64,000 nt of DNA, taken from positions 45,909 to 109,908 of IMG/VR virus record IMGVR_UViG_2576861548_000003. One strand, given 5' to 3'. The position numbers were made by a program, and so were the translations under genes. Positions 9,460 to 19,611 of the stretch are shown here, in pieces. The notes below the pieces were generated by a model, which was given only the letters and a program-made list of their open reading frames with translations, made no database searches and had not been told where the DNA came from. Position 1 is the stretch's first letter, and every line of letters starts with the position of its first letter. The stretch is from a virus. Taxonomy: Duplodnaviria; Caudoviricetes.

Positions 9460-9603
9460 ATGAAAACAATTAGAAAATTAACTGAAAGGGAAGTGGTACT
9501 CAACAGGCTCACACAACCTATTCTTATGCCTGTTATTTACTCACTAAATTACAAAGTTAGTAACCAAACAGATGATAATTCAAGGTTATCCAGTAATTTG
9601 TAA
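9460..9603 (+). CDS. Small hypothetical protein (47 aa, MKTIRKLTE...)
   Basis: Read by hand; ATAAGAGCAATG start context downstream of a TAACTTTA promoter-like element. Confidence 0.45.
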   Translation: MKTIRKLTEREVVLNRLTQPILMPVIYSLNYKVSNQTDDNSRLSSNL

Positions 9604-9728
9604 CGGCATTCATAATGCCGAAAGGCATCTTAAGCCTATGTGCAAACAATGCCTGTTGTATACCAAAGTAAAGCAGCCATCGAGAAGTTCATGGCGCATA
9701 AGTGGAATTGAAAAATGTATCATAAATC

Positions 9729-10121
9729 ATGTTAGTAGGAACAACAAATCTTAATACGACGCTCAACCTAACCTACGTGTTGACTGACGTCGTGGAAACG
9801 CTTCTCTACGATTTGAGGAGTGAAATGGGAAAACAAGGCTATGAATTGCGTCATGATGCAAAACGCAACTTCAACACTGCGATAGCAGCAATTCGTAAAT
9901 TGAAACTTGATGTTGACAAAACGCAATTATCCACACAGGAAAACTTCGGGAATGACTCCGATTGTCTTCTTGCCTTCATTAAGCTGTTAATAGATCGCTG
10001 CGGTGATGATGACAAGAAGATGTTTGAGTTCTATAATTATATCAAACGGTATCCGTCGCAACTCGGCTTGGAGCTGTCTGATGAAAAGTGTGTGTTTGCG
10101 CATGTTTTTGAGAATAAGTAA
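9729..10121 (+). CDS. Hypothetical phage protein
   Basis: 130-aa ORF. Confidence 0.7.
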   Translation: MLVGTTNLNTTLNLTYVLTDVVETLLYDLRSEMGKQGYELRHDAKRNFNTAIAAIRKLKLDVDKTQLSTQENFGNDSDCLLAFIKLLIDRCGDDDKKMFEFYNYIKRYPSQLGLELSDEKCVFAHVFENK

Positions 10122-10309
10122 CCATTAAAACTTAGTAAAATGGACCCAAGAATACTTCTTCGTTTGGCTGCAATGTTTGTCTTTATTGCTTCGATTGTGG
10201 TTAACTTTCGAGACAGGGACGATTCAACCCTGATGTCCTTTTTATTAAATATTATTGGGTGGTTGATATTGATTTATAGTAAATTATAAACGTTTAAAAC
10301 CAATAAGTA

Positions 10310-10618
10310 ATGAACAAAAATATAATCATAAAGAAAGAGAAGCCTATCTGTCAGTTAGATGGGCTTCCGGGAGTAAAAAGACGTAAGGTTGATGCGTATA
10401 GTATCAATAATACAAGTGACATTGAATCAACCATCGAACTGGGATATGCGTGTACTTCTGCCGGAGATAATGGAGCTATAAATGTTTGGAAGGATGATGC
10501 AGGAATTATTCGCGGTGAATTAATGCGGTACTGTGTAACTGTTGAAAAAAGAACGTTTACCAGCTATGCAGAAGTGGAAAAATGCGTTAGTGATTGGCTT
10601 GAAAGGATTAACCCATAA
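10310..10618 (+). CDS. Hypothetical phage protein
   Basis: 102-aa ORF. Confidence 0.65.
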   Translation: MNKNIIIKKEKPICQLDGLPGVKRRKVDAYSINNTSDIESTIELGYACTSAGDNGAINVWKDDAGIIRGELMRYCVTVEKRTFTSYAEVEKCVSDWLERINP

Positions 10619-10629
10619 CCTTTATTGTA

Positions 10630-11163
10630 ATGAACACAGAAAGAACTTTATATGAAATTGAAGTAGCTCTATCTAAAAGTGATGCTTTCAACTTTGTACG
10701 AAATATCATAGCTTTTAATGTAAATGGTATGAGTGATAGTTTAAGTATCTGGCACGAATGCGATATGCTCGTCTTATCAAAGTCCGGTTATCTCACAGAG
10801 ATTGAAATTAAGCGTAGTTGGGCTGATTTTCTTGCTGATTTCAAGAAAAGGCATACTCACGAAGGAAGAGGCATTATCAAGTATTTCTATTACTGTGTTC
10901 CAGAATGCTTGCTTAAACAAGTTTACGATAAACTGGATGAACTAAAGGCTGACTATACAGGGATAATAACATACGATGAAGATTTAAAAATAACACTCCA
11001 CGGACATCGATGGATTACTCACGATGGAAATTATTCGTATCACTTCACCGAACAACACCCATATCGTAAGTTATTTCTTGAAGAACAGCTACAAGTCGCT
11101 CGGTTCGGCGCAATGCGAGCAATTAAATTAAAGGAAAAGTTAATTAATAGCCATTTGGCGTAA
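10630..11163 (+). CDS. PD-(D/E)XK nuclease-like protein (MmcB-like)
   Basis: ECDML...EIEIKRSWADFLADFKK...FYYCVP. Confidence 0.7.
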   Translation: MNTERTLYEIEVALSKSDAFNFVRNIIAFNVNGMSDSLSIWHECDMLVLSKSGYLTEIEIKRSWADFLADFKKRHTHEGRGIIKYFYYCVPECLLKQVYDKLDELKADYTGIITYDEDLKITLHGHRWITHDGNYSYHFTEQHPYRKLFLEEQLQVARFGAMRAIKLKEKLINSHLA

Positions 11164-11350
11164 AACAGTGTAGAAATGATTCAAATTAAGATTCGTGAGT
11201 TAATTATCTTCATTATAATCATTGCGCTATTTTCCTCTTTATTAATTAATTGTTCTCAGCATTCTTTGATAAAAGCGTTAGAACATTCAATAGAGCAAAG
11301 AGATAGCCTACTGAATGAAAGTTTTAAATTGAAATACTAATAATAAACAA

Positions 11351-12265
11351 ATGAACATTGGATTAATCGACGTGGATGGTCATAACTTCCCTAACTTTGC
11401 TCTTATGCGTACGTCTGCCTACCATAAAGATAGAGGTGATCAAGTAGAATGGGCTGCTCCTTTTAGCAAATACGATAAAGTAATTGCAAGCAAGATATTT
11501 ACCTTCACTCCTGATTTTAATTACTTGACTTTGGAAGCTGGCATAATAGAGAAAGGAGGGACTGGCTATAATATAAAAAAACAATTACCATGTGAAATTG
11601 AAAGTAGCAAATCTATGGATTATTCGATCTATCCTCAATACAAGTTTTCAATTCAATTTTTTAGTCGAGGCTGCATCCGTAAATGTCCTTTCTGCCTTGT
11701 CCGTGAAAAAGAGGGGTATATTCATCCAGTGGAACCTGTTGATTTGAACCCTAAAGGAGACTGGGTTGAGGTACTGGACAATAATTTTTTTGCTAATCCG
11801 GAATGGAAAGATTCGGTTGATTATCTTCTCAAAGTGAAACAGCCCGTAAAGCTTCATGGTGTAGATGTTAGAATTATGGATGAAGAGCAGGCTTATTATC
11901 TGAATAAGCTGAAAATGAAACAGAATATTCATATCGCTTGGGATTTACCGCAGATTGATCTAACGGATAGACTAAAAGAAATGATTAAGTACGTGAAGCC
12001 TTACAAAATAACCTGCTATGTGCTGGTAGGATTCAACTCTACTATTGAGCAGGATTTGTTTCGGCTTAATACACTAAAGAGCTTGGGTATTACTCCTTTT
12101 GTTCAACCTTATAGGGATTTTGTGAACAAAAGAAAACCTAAGCAATATGAGTTAGATCTTGCGAGGTGGGCGAATAGAATGTGGTTGTTTAAGTCGCTTG
12201 ATTTTGCAGACTTTTCACCACTCAAAGGATTTAAGTGTGATTATTATTTAAAGCAATTAGCGTAA
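11351..12265 (+). CDS. Radical SAM protein
   Basis: SRGCIRKCPFC (CxxxCxxC), LDNNF, YVLVGF. Confidence 0.9.
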   Translation: MNIGLIDVDGHNFPNFALMRTSAYHKDRGDQVEWAAPFSKYDKVIASKIFTFTPDFNYLTLEAGIIEKGGTGYNIKKQLPCEIESSKSMDYSIYPQYKFSIQFFSRGCIRKCPFCLVREKEGYIHPVEPVDLNPKGDWVEVLDNNFFANPEWKDSVDYLLKVKQPVKLHGVDVRIMDEEQAYYLNKLKMKQNIHIAWDLPQIDLTDRLKEMIKYVKPYKITCYVLVGFNSTIEQDLFRLNTLKSLGITPFVQPYRDFVNKRKPKQYELDLARWANRMWLFKSLDFADFSPLKGFKCDYYLKQLA

Positions 12266-12278
12266 AACAAAATTAGAA

Positions 12279-12716
12279 ATGAAGATAATAGCCAAACAAG
12301 ATTCAGAGGGTGAGATACTGAAACAACAGAACGAACTTCTTCTGGGAGATTATGAAAGAGCGGTTGCATCCGATTGCTTTCAAGGTACGCTTGAAGAATT
12401 TAAAGAATTTCGGGAAGTTGGCTGCTGGGGAATTACCAGCATGAATCGGGACGATTTTTCAGGCTTTTCCCCAATCCCTAATGAGTTAGGATGTGGTGTT
12501 AACGGCGCTTTAGGTCCTCTGGGTACAAACTCCGGCTCTGCCTTTATTCTTGTTCCCTCGGAGTGCAAGTATTGCAAGGTGCGTTCTTTCCCTACTCTTG
12601 AGCAAGCGGAATGCTTTGTTTCAGAGAATCCCAGAATGACTGATGTCGAAATTATCACAGAATGTGAATTTGTAAAAGCATGGAATGATAGGTTTTATCC
12701 GTTGAACCGATTATAA
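12279..12716 (+). CDS. Hypothetical phage protein
   Basis: 145-aa ORF in the operon. Confidence 0.6.
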   Translation: MKIIAKQDSEGEILKQQNELLLGDYERAVASDCFQGTLEEFKEFREVGCWGITSMNRDDFSGFSPIPNELGCGVNGALGPLGTNSGSAFILVPSECKYCKVRSFPTLEQAECFVSENPRMTDVEIITECEFVKAWNDRFYPLNRL

Positions 12717-13101
12717 ATACTCAAGTAGTTATGATAGAAATATTAGAATTTATCTTTCAGAGTTTCTGGCATTGGATAGGTACCGTAATACTTATAGCTG
12801 CCATTCCTGTGCCATTTGGGAGCACTCGAACCCTGTTACGTATAAAAGGGAAAAGACATGAAAAAAGTAAAACTGATAAGACATGAAGGAACCACATACA
12901 GGCATTGGGATATGCCATTGCCGCCAATGTCGAATGGATAAGAAGCATTGCAGTTCTAAAAAAAGAAAGTTTGAGAAACGGGCTATAAATAAGTTCCGTC
13001 GGAAACAATTGAAATTAGATGAAATAATAAAATGCAATCGTTTCGGAAAATATTGGGCTTGATTCCATTAGTTCCGATTTAAAAAAAGAAAGGATATAAT
13101 T

Positions 13102-13488
13102 ATGAAACAGACAATAGAAGAAGCCGAGAAAGAATATTGCGATAAGAATTATCCGTATTCAGATTTGAATATAAGGTTAATGGTGGAAAATGCGTTTGAA
13201 GCCGGAGCAGACTGGCAGGCAAAACAATCACCGTGGATAAGTGTAGAGAAGCGATTACCGGAAGTTGGTGAACTTGTTCTTTGTAGAATGGTATCAAACG
13301 GAGCGATAGTAAGTGGATTCCTTGATCCAATTCCGAATTGTCTTCCCAAAGTGGCTACAAGGCCTGATTTTGAATTTGAAGATTACGGTTATTATTATTG
13401 TGATTTTTGGATGCCTATCCCTTCTTTCGATGAAATACTGGAAGCTAATAGGGATGTACTAGAACGGATTAAAGAGAAAGGAGATTGA
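13102..13488 (+). CDS. DUF551-family phage protein (copy 2)
   Basis: PWISVEKRLPE...WMPIP; ends nearly identical to 3846-4208. Confidence 0.75.
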   Translation: MKQTIEEAEKEYCDKNYPYSDLNIRLMVENAFEAGADWQAKQSPWISVEKRLPEVGELVLCRMVSNGAIVSGFLDPIPNCLPKVATRPDFEFEDYGYYYCDFWMPIPSFDEILEANRDVLERIKEKGD

Positions 13489-13904
13489 TAATGACAGCAA
13501 AAGAATTAAGTAAGTTAATCACTACTGGCAGAAAACTGAAAAAGTTTATTAAAGAAACTCTCCCTAAAATCAGAGAAGAGTATCAAAGACATGGCAATAA
13601 TGGAATAGATAAGCATACAGATGGATTTGGCAGAAGGGAGAGTATTCAGAGTATGAATATAAGTAATCTTTGTTATTCTTCTTTTTCTGGCAGTTGTGGA
13701 AGTGGAGATACATATTCGGATATAGCAAATATGGATACTGATTTGATGAAGGAATACTTTATCAGATATCTGAATGGGCATAAGGATGAAATAATGGAGG
13801 GAGTAGCAGATTTAATGATAAATGATGCAAAATCAAATCAAGAAAATGCTATTAAGGAAATAGACGAATATAAAAATTCACTGCTAAAACTATTGGAGGA
13901 ATAA
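13485..13904 (+). CDS. Hypothetical phage protein
   Basis: 139-aa ORF. Confidence 0.65.
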   Translation: MIMTAKELSKLITTGRKLKKFIKETLPKIREEYQRHGNNGIDKHTDGFGRRESIQSMNISNLCYSSFSGSCGSGDTYSDIANMDTDLMKEYFIRYLNGHKDEIMEGVADLMINDAKSNQENAIKEIDEYKNSLLKLLEE

Positions 13905-13906
13905 TC

Positions 13907-14086
13907 ATGAAGATAACACTTCATGGGCATAGATATGTCACTCATGATGGAAATTATTCATATCATTTTGTTGAGCAACACCCATATCGTAAGTTGTTTC
14001 TTGAAGAACAGCTTCAAGTGGCTCGTTTCGGTGCAATGCGAGCAATAAAATTAAAGGAAAAGTTAATTAATAGCCATTTGGCGTAA
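13907..14086 (+). pseudogene. 3' fragment (59 aa) of a paralogue of the 10630-11163 nuclease gene
   Basis: MKITLHGHRYVTHDGNYSYHF...KEKLINSHLA matches the C-terminus of 10630-11163; nuclease core missing. Confidence 0.75.
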
Positions 14087-14099
14087 AACTGATAAAATA

Positions 14100-14660
14100 A
14101 TGAATTTAAACGAACTTCGTGACAAAGCCTATAGAATAGCTTGTGACCATGGCTTTCATGATAAGGAATTAAGTAATGAACATTGCTTAATGTTAGTGAT
14201 CACAGAGCTTTCCGAAGCTGTAGAAGCGGACCGAAAAGGTAGATTAGGAAAAAATTGTAAACGTCGTTTTGAAATGGAATACAATCGTTATCCTGCATTA
14301 GTAGAGGAAGAAAAACGATTTAAGTGCTCGTTTGAAAATAATGTAAAAGATTCACTTCCCGATGAACTTGCCGATGCTGCTATACGACTGTTAGACCTAT
14401 GCGGGCTACGTAACATTGAGTTAGAAAATGATTGTCTGGATGATGAAGTGCTTGAAGAATATTCGCGTATATTCATTAACAAAACATTCACAGAGTCCAT
14501 TTTCAATATTACTAAAAATCTTATTGATAGAGATATATCCTACTCTCTTATTAAGATTTTTGGGCTTGCTAAGCATCTCGATATTGATTTGCTCTGGCAT
14601 ATTGAGCAGAAACAAAGATATAATGAATTAAGACCTGTGTTGAACGGAAAAAGATATTAA
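14100..14660 (+). CDS. MazG-like nucleotide pyrophosphohydrolase
   Basis: ELSEAVEA...DELADAAIRLLD acidic motifs. Confidence 0.8.
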   Translation: MNLNELRDKAYRIACDHGFHDKELSNEHCLMLVITELSEAVEADRKGRLGKNCKRRFEMEYNRYPALVEEEKRFKCSFENNVKDSLPDELADAAIRLLDLCGLRNIELENDCLDDEVLEEYSRIFINKTFTESIFNITKNLIDRDISYSLIKIFGLAKHLDIDLLWHIEQKQRYNELRPVLNGKRY

Positions 14661-14662
14661 TC

Positions 14663-15064
14663 ATGAACAGAGAAATAATATTCAGAGGGAAAAGCACAAA
14701 TAATGGTAAATGGGTGTATGCAAAATTACATGGGTTTGGCATGGACTTATTTAATGAGTGTGTACAGGAGAATACTGTTGGGCAGTTCACCGGCTTGCAT
14801 GACAAGAACGGAAAAGAAATATACGAAGGTGATATTGTTGAACGAATAGTTACAAATGGATACGGTTTTGGTTTTATAGGTGAAGTGGGCTTTGATAATG
14901 GAGTTTTTGGTATAAAACATAAGACTTATAAAGGTTACATTGTATCCAGTTTTGTATATTCTTCGGATTGGAATGATGGTCATGCGCACGGAACTGTTTT
15001 ATATGAATATGAACTAAAAGGAAATATCTACGATAATCCAGAGTTAATCAAGGAGGAATTATGA
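14663..15064 (+). CDS. YopX-family protein (copy 1)
   Basis: REIIFRGK...GQFTGLHDKNGKEIYEGDIV...GNIYDNPEL. Confidence 0.9.
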   Translation: MNREIIFRGKSTNNGKWVYAKLHGFGMDLFNECVQENTVGQFTGLHDKNGKEIYEGDIVERIVTNGYGFGFIGEVGFDNGVFGIKHKTYKGYIVSSFVYSSDWNDGHAHGTVLYEYELKGNIYDNPELIKEEL

Positions 15065-15705
15065 AAAAGATACTTTTTAATGATAAATTTGGACTTACAC
15101 AGGCTGTTCTTGACGGTCGGAAGACGATGACGAGAAGGGCAATAACTTGTCCGAGAACCTTTAGAGGTGAATGGGTTGCAGGATTCAATGTGCATATCCA
15201 GCAATCTGACAGGAAAATAGTTGATTATCCTTGTATGTACGATGCAGACGAAAGGGAATTTGATGGGGGCCAAATACTTCCAAAATACAAAGTAGGCGAA
15301 GTGGTTGCTATTGCGCAATGCTATATGGATATTGACCAGTTTCACCGAAATGGTAAAAATGCAGCTTATTTAGAACTGTTACCTGGACTGAAATTATATC
15401 CAGGATGGGGTAACAAAATGTTTGTTAGATCTGATCTAATGCTACATCATATCCGTATTACTGATATCAAAGTCGAGCGCCTAAAGGGTATATCTGATAC
15501 AGATTGCTTACGTGAGGGAATAGTGAAGGGGCAATGCGGCTCAAAAGAAACACATTTCTTGGATGCTTATTATCTGCCTGTTTCCTACCAACCATATTGT
15601 ACTCCGCAAGAAGCTTTTTCCGTATTAATAGACAAAATTTCTGGTAGAGGTACATGGGAGTCTAATCCCTACGTATGGGTATATGAGTTTGAATTGGTTG
15701 ATTAA
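15061..15705 (+). CDS. ASCH/PUA-like phage protein
   Basis: AVLDGRKTMTRR...IKVERL...WESNPYVWVYEF. Confidence 0.6.
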   Translation: MKKILFNDKFGLTQAVLDGRKTMTRRAITCPRTFRGEWVAGFNVHIQQSDRKIVDYPCMYDADEREFDGGQILPKYKVGEVVAIAQCYMDIDQFHRNGKNAAYLELLPGLKLYPGWGNKMFVRSDLMLHHIRITDIKVERLKGISDTDCLREGIVKGQCGSKETHFLDAYYLPVSYQPYCTPQEAFSVLIDKISGRGTWESNPYVWVYEFELVD

Positions 15706-15842
15706 TTGCTTGTTATTTAGTAAGTTAAACAAAGTTTAAGTAAAAGTTTTTAGATTGTTTTATTTTGGTTAACTCGTTGATAATGACTATCTTTACAATA
15801 CTAAAAGAAACCAATAATACTAATCATTAAAAGACAAGAGCA

Positions 15843-16493
15843 ATGAATACTTACCACAAATTCTGTCCAAATGTATTTTTAGCAAAGTGCGAAGAAAAGC
15901 ACGAAAGAGGTGAAGAAATTCTAGTTACCACTAGGTATGGCAAAGAAAACGAAAGCATAGTTTTCAATCTAATTTTTGAGAAAGACGGTTTTTACTATTA
16001 CTCCATCGTACGTGCTGACGGTTTTAACGTTCAGGAATGGGCTAAGCAAAGAGCGGAACGCAGACGTGAATGGGTTATATCGGCAGAACGTAAAAGTAAA
16101 GAGTACTTTGACAGGTCTAATAAAGATAGAGATTTTCTTTCACTTGGTGAACCTATCAAGATTGGTCACCATAGTGAAAAACGTCATAGAAAAGCAATAG
16201 AGGATGCTTGGAATAATACCGAAAAAGCTGTTGCATTCAGCGATAAGGCTTTAGAGCATGAAAGCAAAGCCGAATATTGGGACAAGCGCGCTAATACAAT
16301 CAATTTGTCTATGCCGGAAAGCATTGACTTCTACGAACACAAGTTGGAACAAGCGAAAGAATACCATGAAGGTGTAAAGTCTGGCAAATATCCGCGTGAA
16401 CATGCTTATACTCTTACTTATTCCAAGAAAGCAGTTAATGAAGCACAAAAGAATTACGAACTGGCTAAAAAGTTGTGGGGAGACGAACTATGA
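15843..16493 (+). CDS. DUF3560-domain protein
   Basis: GEPIKIGHHSEKRHR motif. Confidence 0.8.
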   Translation: MNTYHKFCPNVFLAKCEEKHERGEEILVTTRYGKENESIVFNLIFEKDGFYYYSIVRADGFNVQEWAKQRAERRREWVISAERKSKEYFDRSNKDRDFLSLGEPIKIGHHSEKRHRKAIEDAWNNTEKAVAFSDKALEHESKAEYWDKRANTINLSMPESIDFYEHKLEQAKEYHEGVKSGKYPREHAYTLTYSKKAVNEAQKNYELAKKLWGDEL

Positions 16494-16675
16494 ATATATC
16501 ACTATTAAGTCTTACTGACAAACAGGAATATGCCGTAAGGAATATCCTGCAATCATTAGATAATGCAAAAGTTTTCTGCTCGTATCTTGATAAGAATGAT
16601 TTGAGAAAAGAGCTGGAGGATATGATTGAACGATTCATTAAACAAACCGAAAAGAAAATCAATGAAAATTTTTGA
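16490..16675 (+). CDS. Hypothetical protein
   Basis: ATGA overlap with the previous gene. Confidence 0.55.
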   Translation: MNISLLSLTDKQEYAVRNILQSLDNAKVFCSYLDKNDLRKELEDMIERFIKQTEKKINENF

Positions 16676-17184
16676 ATATGGTACAGTTGATATTAGAAAA
16701 TAGACTTATAGGTAATTCGGGCTGGATTGTTGAGTATTTCGATGTGCAAGGTTCAAAGTACATCAATACCGTAAAGATAAGAGGAGACAAGGATTACCAA
16801 ATAGGAGATATATTCAACGCAATAGAGTATGGACATGATGGACTAAGTAGCTACCAACGCAAACACGGCATTGAGTATGACGGAATAAGTTTCCAATCCT
16901 CCATTGAAAAAGCAGAGGTTGAAATACTCTTGAATTTTCATTTGATAGACGAACTCAAAAAACGCTTCAAACCATGTTTCGTTTACCAAGAAGAATGGAT
17001 GAACGAAGATGACTACGATGAAGCTGTTCGTGATAAAGCAAAGGAAATTTATGTTGATATTATAACTAATCTTTCTGAGGAATTGCATAAGGACTTTGAA
17101 GAGATAGATGAATCGGTGTCAGTCAATGAATACGATGATATTATATGTAGTTTTAGTAGTCAAATCATAAATTATACAGCATGA
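16672..17184 (+). CDS. Hypothetical acidic protein
   Basis: 170-aa ORF. Confidence 0.6.
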   Translation: MNMVQLILENRLIGNSGWIVEYFDVQGSKYINTVKIRGDKDYQIGDIFNAIEYGHDGLSSYQRKHGIEYDGISFQSSIEKAEVEILLNFHLIDELKKRFKPCFVYQEEWMNEDDYDEAVRDKAKEIYVDIITNLSEELHKDFEEIDESVSVNEYDDIICSFSSQIINYTA

Positions 17185-17516
17185 AAACGAAAGTAACTAA
17201 AGATGGTTTTATATGGCTTGTTGTACCAAGTGACGACGCAATGGAAATGTGGAAATCAAAGACAGCCGAATTGTATATACTCCACAATGATGACAGCGAA
17301 ACAATGGTTGAAACCGATTTACAAGTGCAACGTGCCACATTCAGCGGAGAGCAGATTGGCATCGAAGTAGGATTCATCAAAGACTTGCTTCCTGTTTGCC
17401 CCAAATGTGGCAAAAGGCTTGTTCCAAGTGACAATCCTGAATATGTTTGGCAGTGTTATGAATGCGATGAGGATTTTTATTCATTTGAAGTGTGTAATGG
17501 AGACCAAAACCAATAA
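17181..17516 (+). CDS. Zinc-ribbon hypothetical protein
   Basis: CPKCG...CYEC. Confidence 0.65.
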   Translation: MKTKVTKDGFIWLVVPSDDAMEMWKSKTAELYILHNDDSETMVETDLQVQRATFSGEQIGIEVGFIKDLLPVCPKCGKRLVPSDNPEYVWQCYECDEDFYSFEVCNGDQNQ

Positions 17517-17736
17517 AGCGATTTCACTACTCCAGTGCGGTGATTTTAAAGCCGCACTGACTATTTTCTCCACTTTTCGCATTGGATTTACCAAAGAAGA
17601 GCAAAGAACCTTGAAAATAGCAAGCGAAAGCCTTTCTGGTAATTCCTCGTTCTATCGTCAACTTGGAATTGATACCGACAAAGCGATAGAAAAAAGTAAG
17701 TCTATTATTACATCGAAGTACTTGAAAATGAAATAG
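17497..17736 (+). CDS. Hypothetical protein
   Basis: METKTNKAISLL...; start 17497 preferred. Confidence 0.55.
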   Translation: METKTNKAISLLQCGDFKAALTIFSTFRIGFTKEEQRTLKIASESLSGNSSFYRQLGIDTDKAIEKSKSIITSKYLKMK

Positions 17737-17859
17737 TTAAACAAAGTTTAAGTTATGTATGTTTGTGGTTTAAACTATTGGTAATCAATATATTATTTGT
17801 ATCTTTACATATCAAAAATAACAAAATACGTAATCGCGGAGACGCTTACAAAATAATCA

Positions 17860-18153
17860 ATGAGAGCAATGAAAAAGATAGAACAAATGACATCCGAACT
17901 TAACCGAGTATTGCATTCTAACACCTACCAATTCGAGATTGACACCGAAGATTTTGTTTTCGGTTTCAAGGAAACAATAAGAACGAGGACTAAGGATTTG
18001 GCAATGGCTATTAAGCTTGAACAAAAGGTAACAAGGGACTGCGGACGTTTCCTGTCCGACACCGTTAGAATCGTATCTGTAAGAATTTACAAAAACGGTG
18101 ATTTGAGAAAAGAAATTCATGCTGAAGAAATAACAGCATCATATAATGGATAA
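17860..18153 (+). CDS. Hypothetical protein
   Basis: AGAGCAATG start context (likely start 17869), own promoter-like element upstream. Confidence 0.6.
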   Translation: MRAMKKIEQMTSELNRVLHSNTYQFEIDTEDFVFGFKETIRTRTKDLAMAIKLEQKVTRDCGRFLSDTVRIVSVRIYKNGDLRKEIHAEEITASYNG

Positions 18154-18164
18154 AATATAGAGCA

Positions 18165-18593
18165 ATGAAAACATTGAAAAAATTAACAAGCAAAGAAAGC
18201 TTTGCCATCCTTAGAGAAATCGAAAGCAAGAAATGTCCTAATGGCGTTAAGTATTCAGAGTGGAGAGAGGAAAGAGATAGACTACAGACGGAAGCCATCA
18301 GAAATTTAGTTCCCGAAGTCGGGCTAGGTTGTACCGTATGTTACTATTCTGACAGGCGAGCAGCTACTGTAACCAAAGTTATTTCTCCATGCAAGATTGA
18401 GGTTACATTTAATCAAACGGAATGTATCGACTACTATGCTGGTGATTATAAGATTTTACCAGAACTTGAAGGTGGACCAAAGGTGTTCACTAAAAGGAGA
18501 AATGGCCGTTGGGTGGCAGATGGGCAAGCGTACAAGGACGGTGTTTTGCTTATGCTTCATTATCAAAGTCATTATATTGATCCACGTTTTTAG
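18165..18593 (+). CDS. Hypothetical protein
   Basis: 142 aa, TAGAGCAATG start context. Confidence 0.7.
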   Translation: MKTLKKLTSKESFAILREIESKKCPNGVKYSEWREERDRLQTEAIRNLVPEVGLGCTVCYYSDRRAATVTKVISPCKIEVTFNQTECIDYYAGDYKILPELEGGPKVFTKRRNGRWVADGQAYKDGVLLMLHYQSHYIDPRF

Positions 18594-18604
18594 CATTAAA
18601 AGCA

Positions 18605-18949
18605 ATGAAAGCAAATAAAATAATGTTCCTATACTATCCTTGTATAGTAATTGTATGTGAATCAATGGAAACCCCTAATTCCAAAGACCCGGAAACAAAC
18701 GATCTGAGGGAATATGCTAGAATAGTTAGATTTTCATATGAAACAAAATTTTTCCCTTATTTTGAATTTATCCCTGCTGGTTCAATTGAATGGACTAAGC
18801 ATGCAGATATGCTTAGCAAAGAACAAAGAGACAGCATAGAAAAACGTTCCCAACAATTGCGGGAAGAGGATAAAGAGCGGATTGATTATTTCAACAAACT
18901 AAAAGAAGCAAGTATAAAATCACATAACCAACATAATAATAAGCAATGA
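18605..18949 (+). CDS. Hypothetical protein
   Basis: 114 aa, AAAGCAATG start context. Confidence 0.6.
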   Translation: MKANKIMFLYYPCIVIVCESMETPNSKDPETNDLREYARIVRFSYETKFFPYFEFIPAGSIEWTKHADMLSKEQRDSIEKRSQQLREEDKERIDYFNKLKEASIKSHNQHNNKQ

Positions 18950-19131
18950 AAACAACTGTAAAAGTGTATTTAAGAGATGAACAAGGTAATGAAGACTACT
19001 TCATTACTCCTATTAACTTATCAGAGCAAGAAGCTCACAAGTACTATCTCGGTAACATCTTCAATATGGGGTGCGAAACAGATCACATGATGAAATGCTA
19101 CAAAGTTGAGACAATAAAATCATCAAATTAG
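18946..19131 (+). CDS. Hypothetical protein
   Basis: 61 aa, AAGCAATG start context. Confidence 0.6.
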   Translation: MKTTVKVYLRDEQGNEDYFITPINLSEQEAHKYYLGNIFNMGCETDHMMKCYKVETIKSSN

Positions 19132-19200
19132 ATAAATTTATGACTAAAAGTGATTGTTTTTACTTCATATTTTGTATTTTTACACCATAAAATTAAAGCA

Positions 19201-19611
19201 ATGAGGATTTACACAAGTTATTTCGGGAATTACAGAAAACTAGCAGCTGCAAACGTAAAAATGATATGTGTTGCGCTAGGGAAGCCAAGATTTTATAATG
19301 CACCTCAGATCATAGAGGTGGCACCAAGAAGATACATGTTGGATGATAAATGGACTTATGAAGAGTACACGAATATGTATTTGAATGATGTCCTTGCAAA
19401 AGTCAATCCGCAAGAATTGATTCAAACTATCCAGCGACTCAGTGAAGACAAAGACGTCGCTCTCTGCTGTTACGAAAAACCGGGTGATTTCTGCCATCGT
19501 CATATTTTGGCAAAATGGCTTACCGAAAAGACTGGCATTGAAATAACAGAGTTCGGAGTAGTTGAAAGGAAAGAACCTAAATACGAACAAGCAAGTTTGT
19601 TTGAGATATGA
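19201..19611 (+). CDS. DUF488-family protein
   Basis: MRIYTSYF...VALCCYEKPGDFCHRH. Confidence 0.8.
   Translation: MRIYTSYFGNYRKLAAANVKMICVALGKPRFYNAPQIIEVAPRRYMLDDKWTYEEYTNMYLNDVLAKVNPQELIQTIQRLSEDKDVALCCYEKPGDFCHRHILAKWLTEKTGIEITEFGVVERKEPKYEQASLFEI

Noticed and set aside
10987-14089. 180-nt repeat pair (10987-11166 vs 13910-14089) as a DGR template/variable repeat
   Set aside because: Differences are mostly synonymous third-position changes, not adenine-specific, and no reverse transcriptase is in the window; better explained as a paralogue fragment
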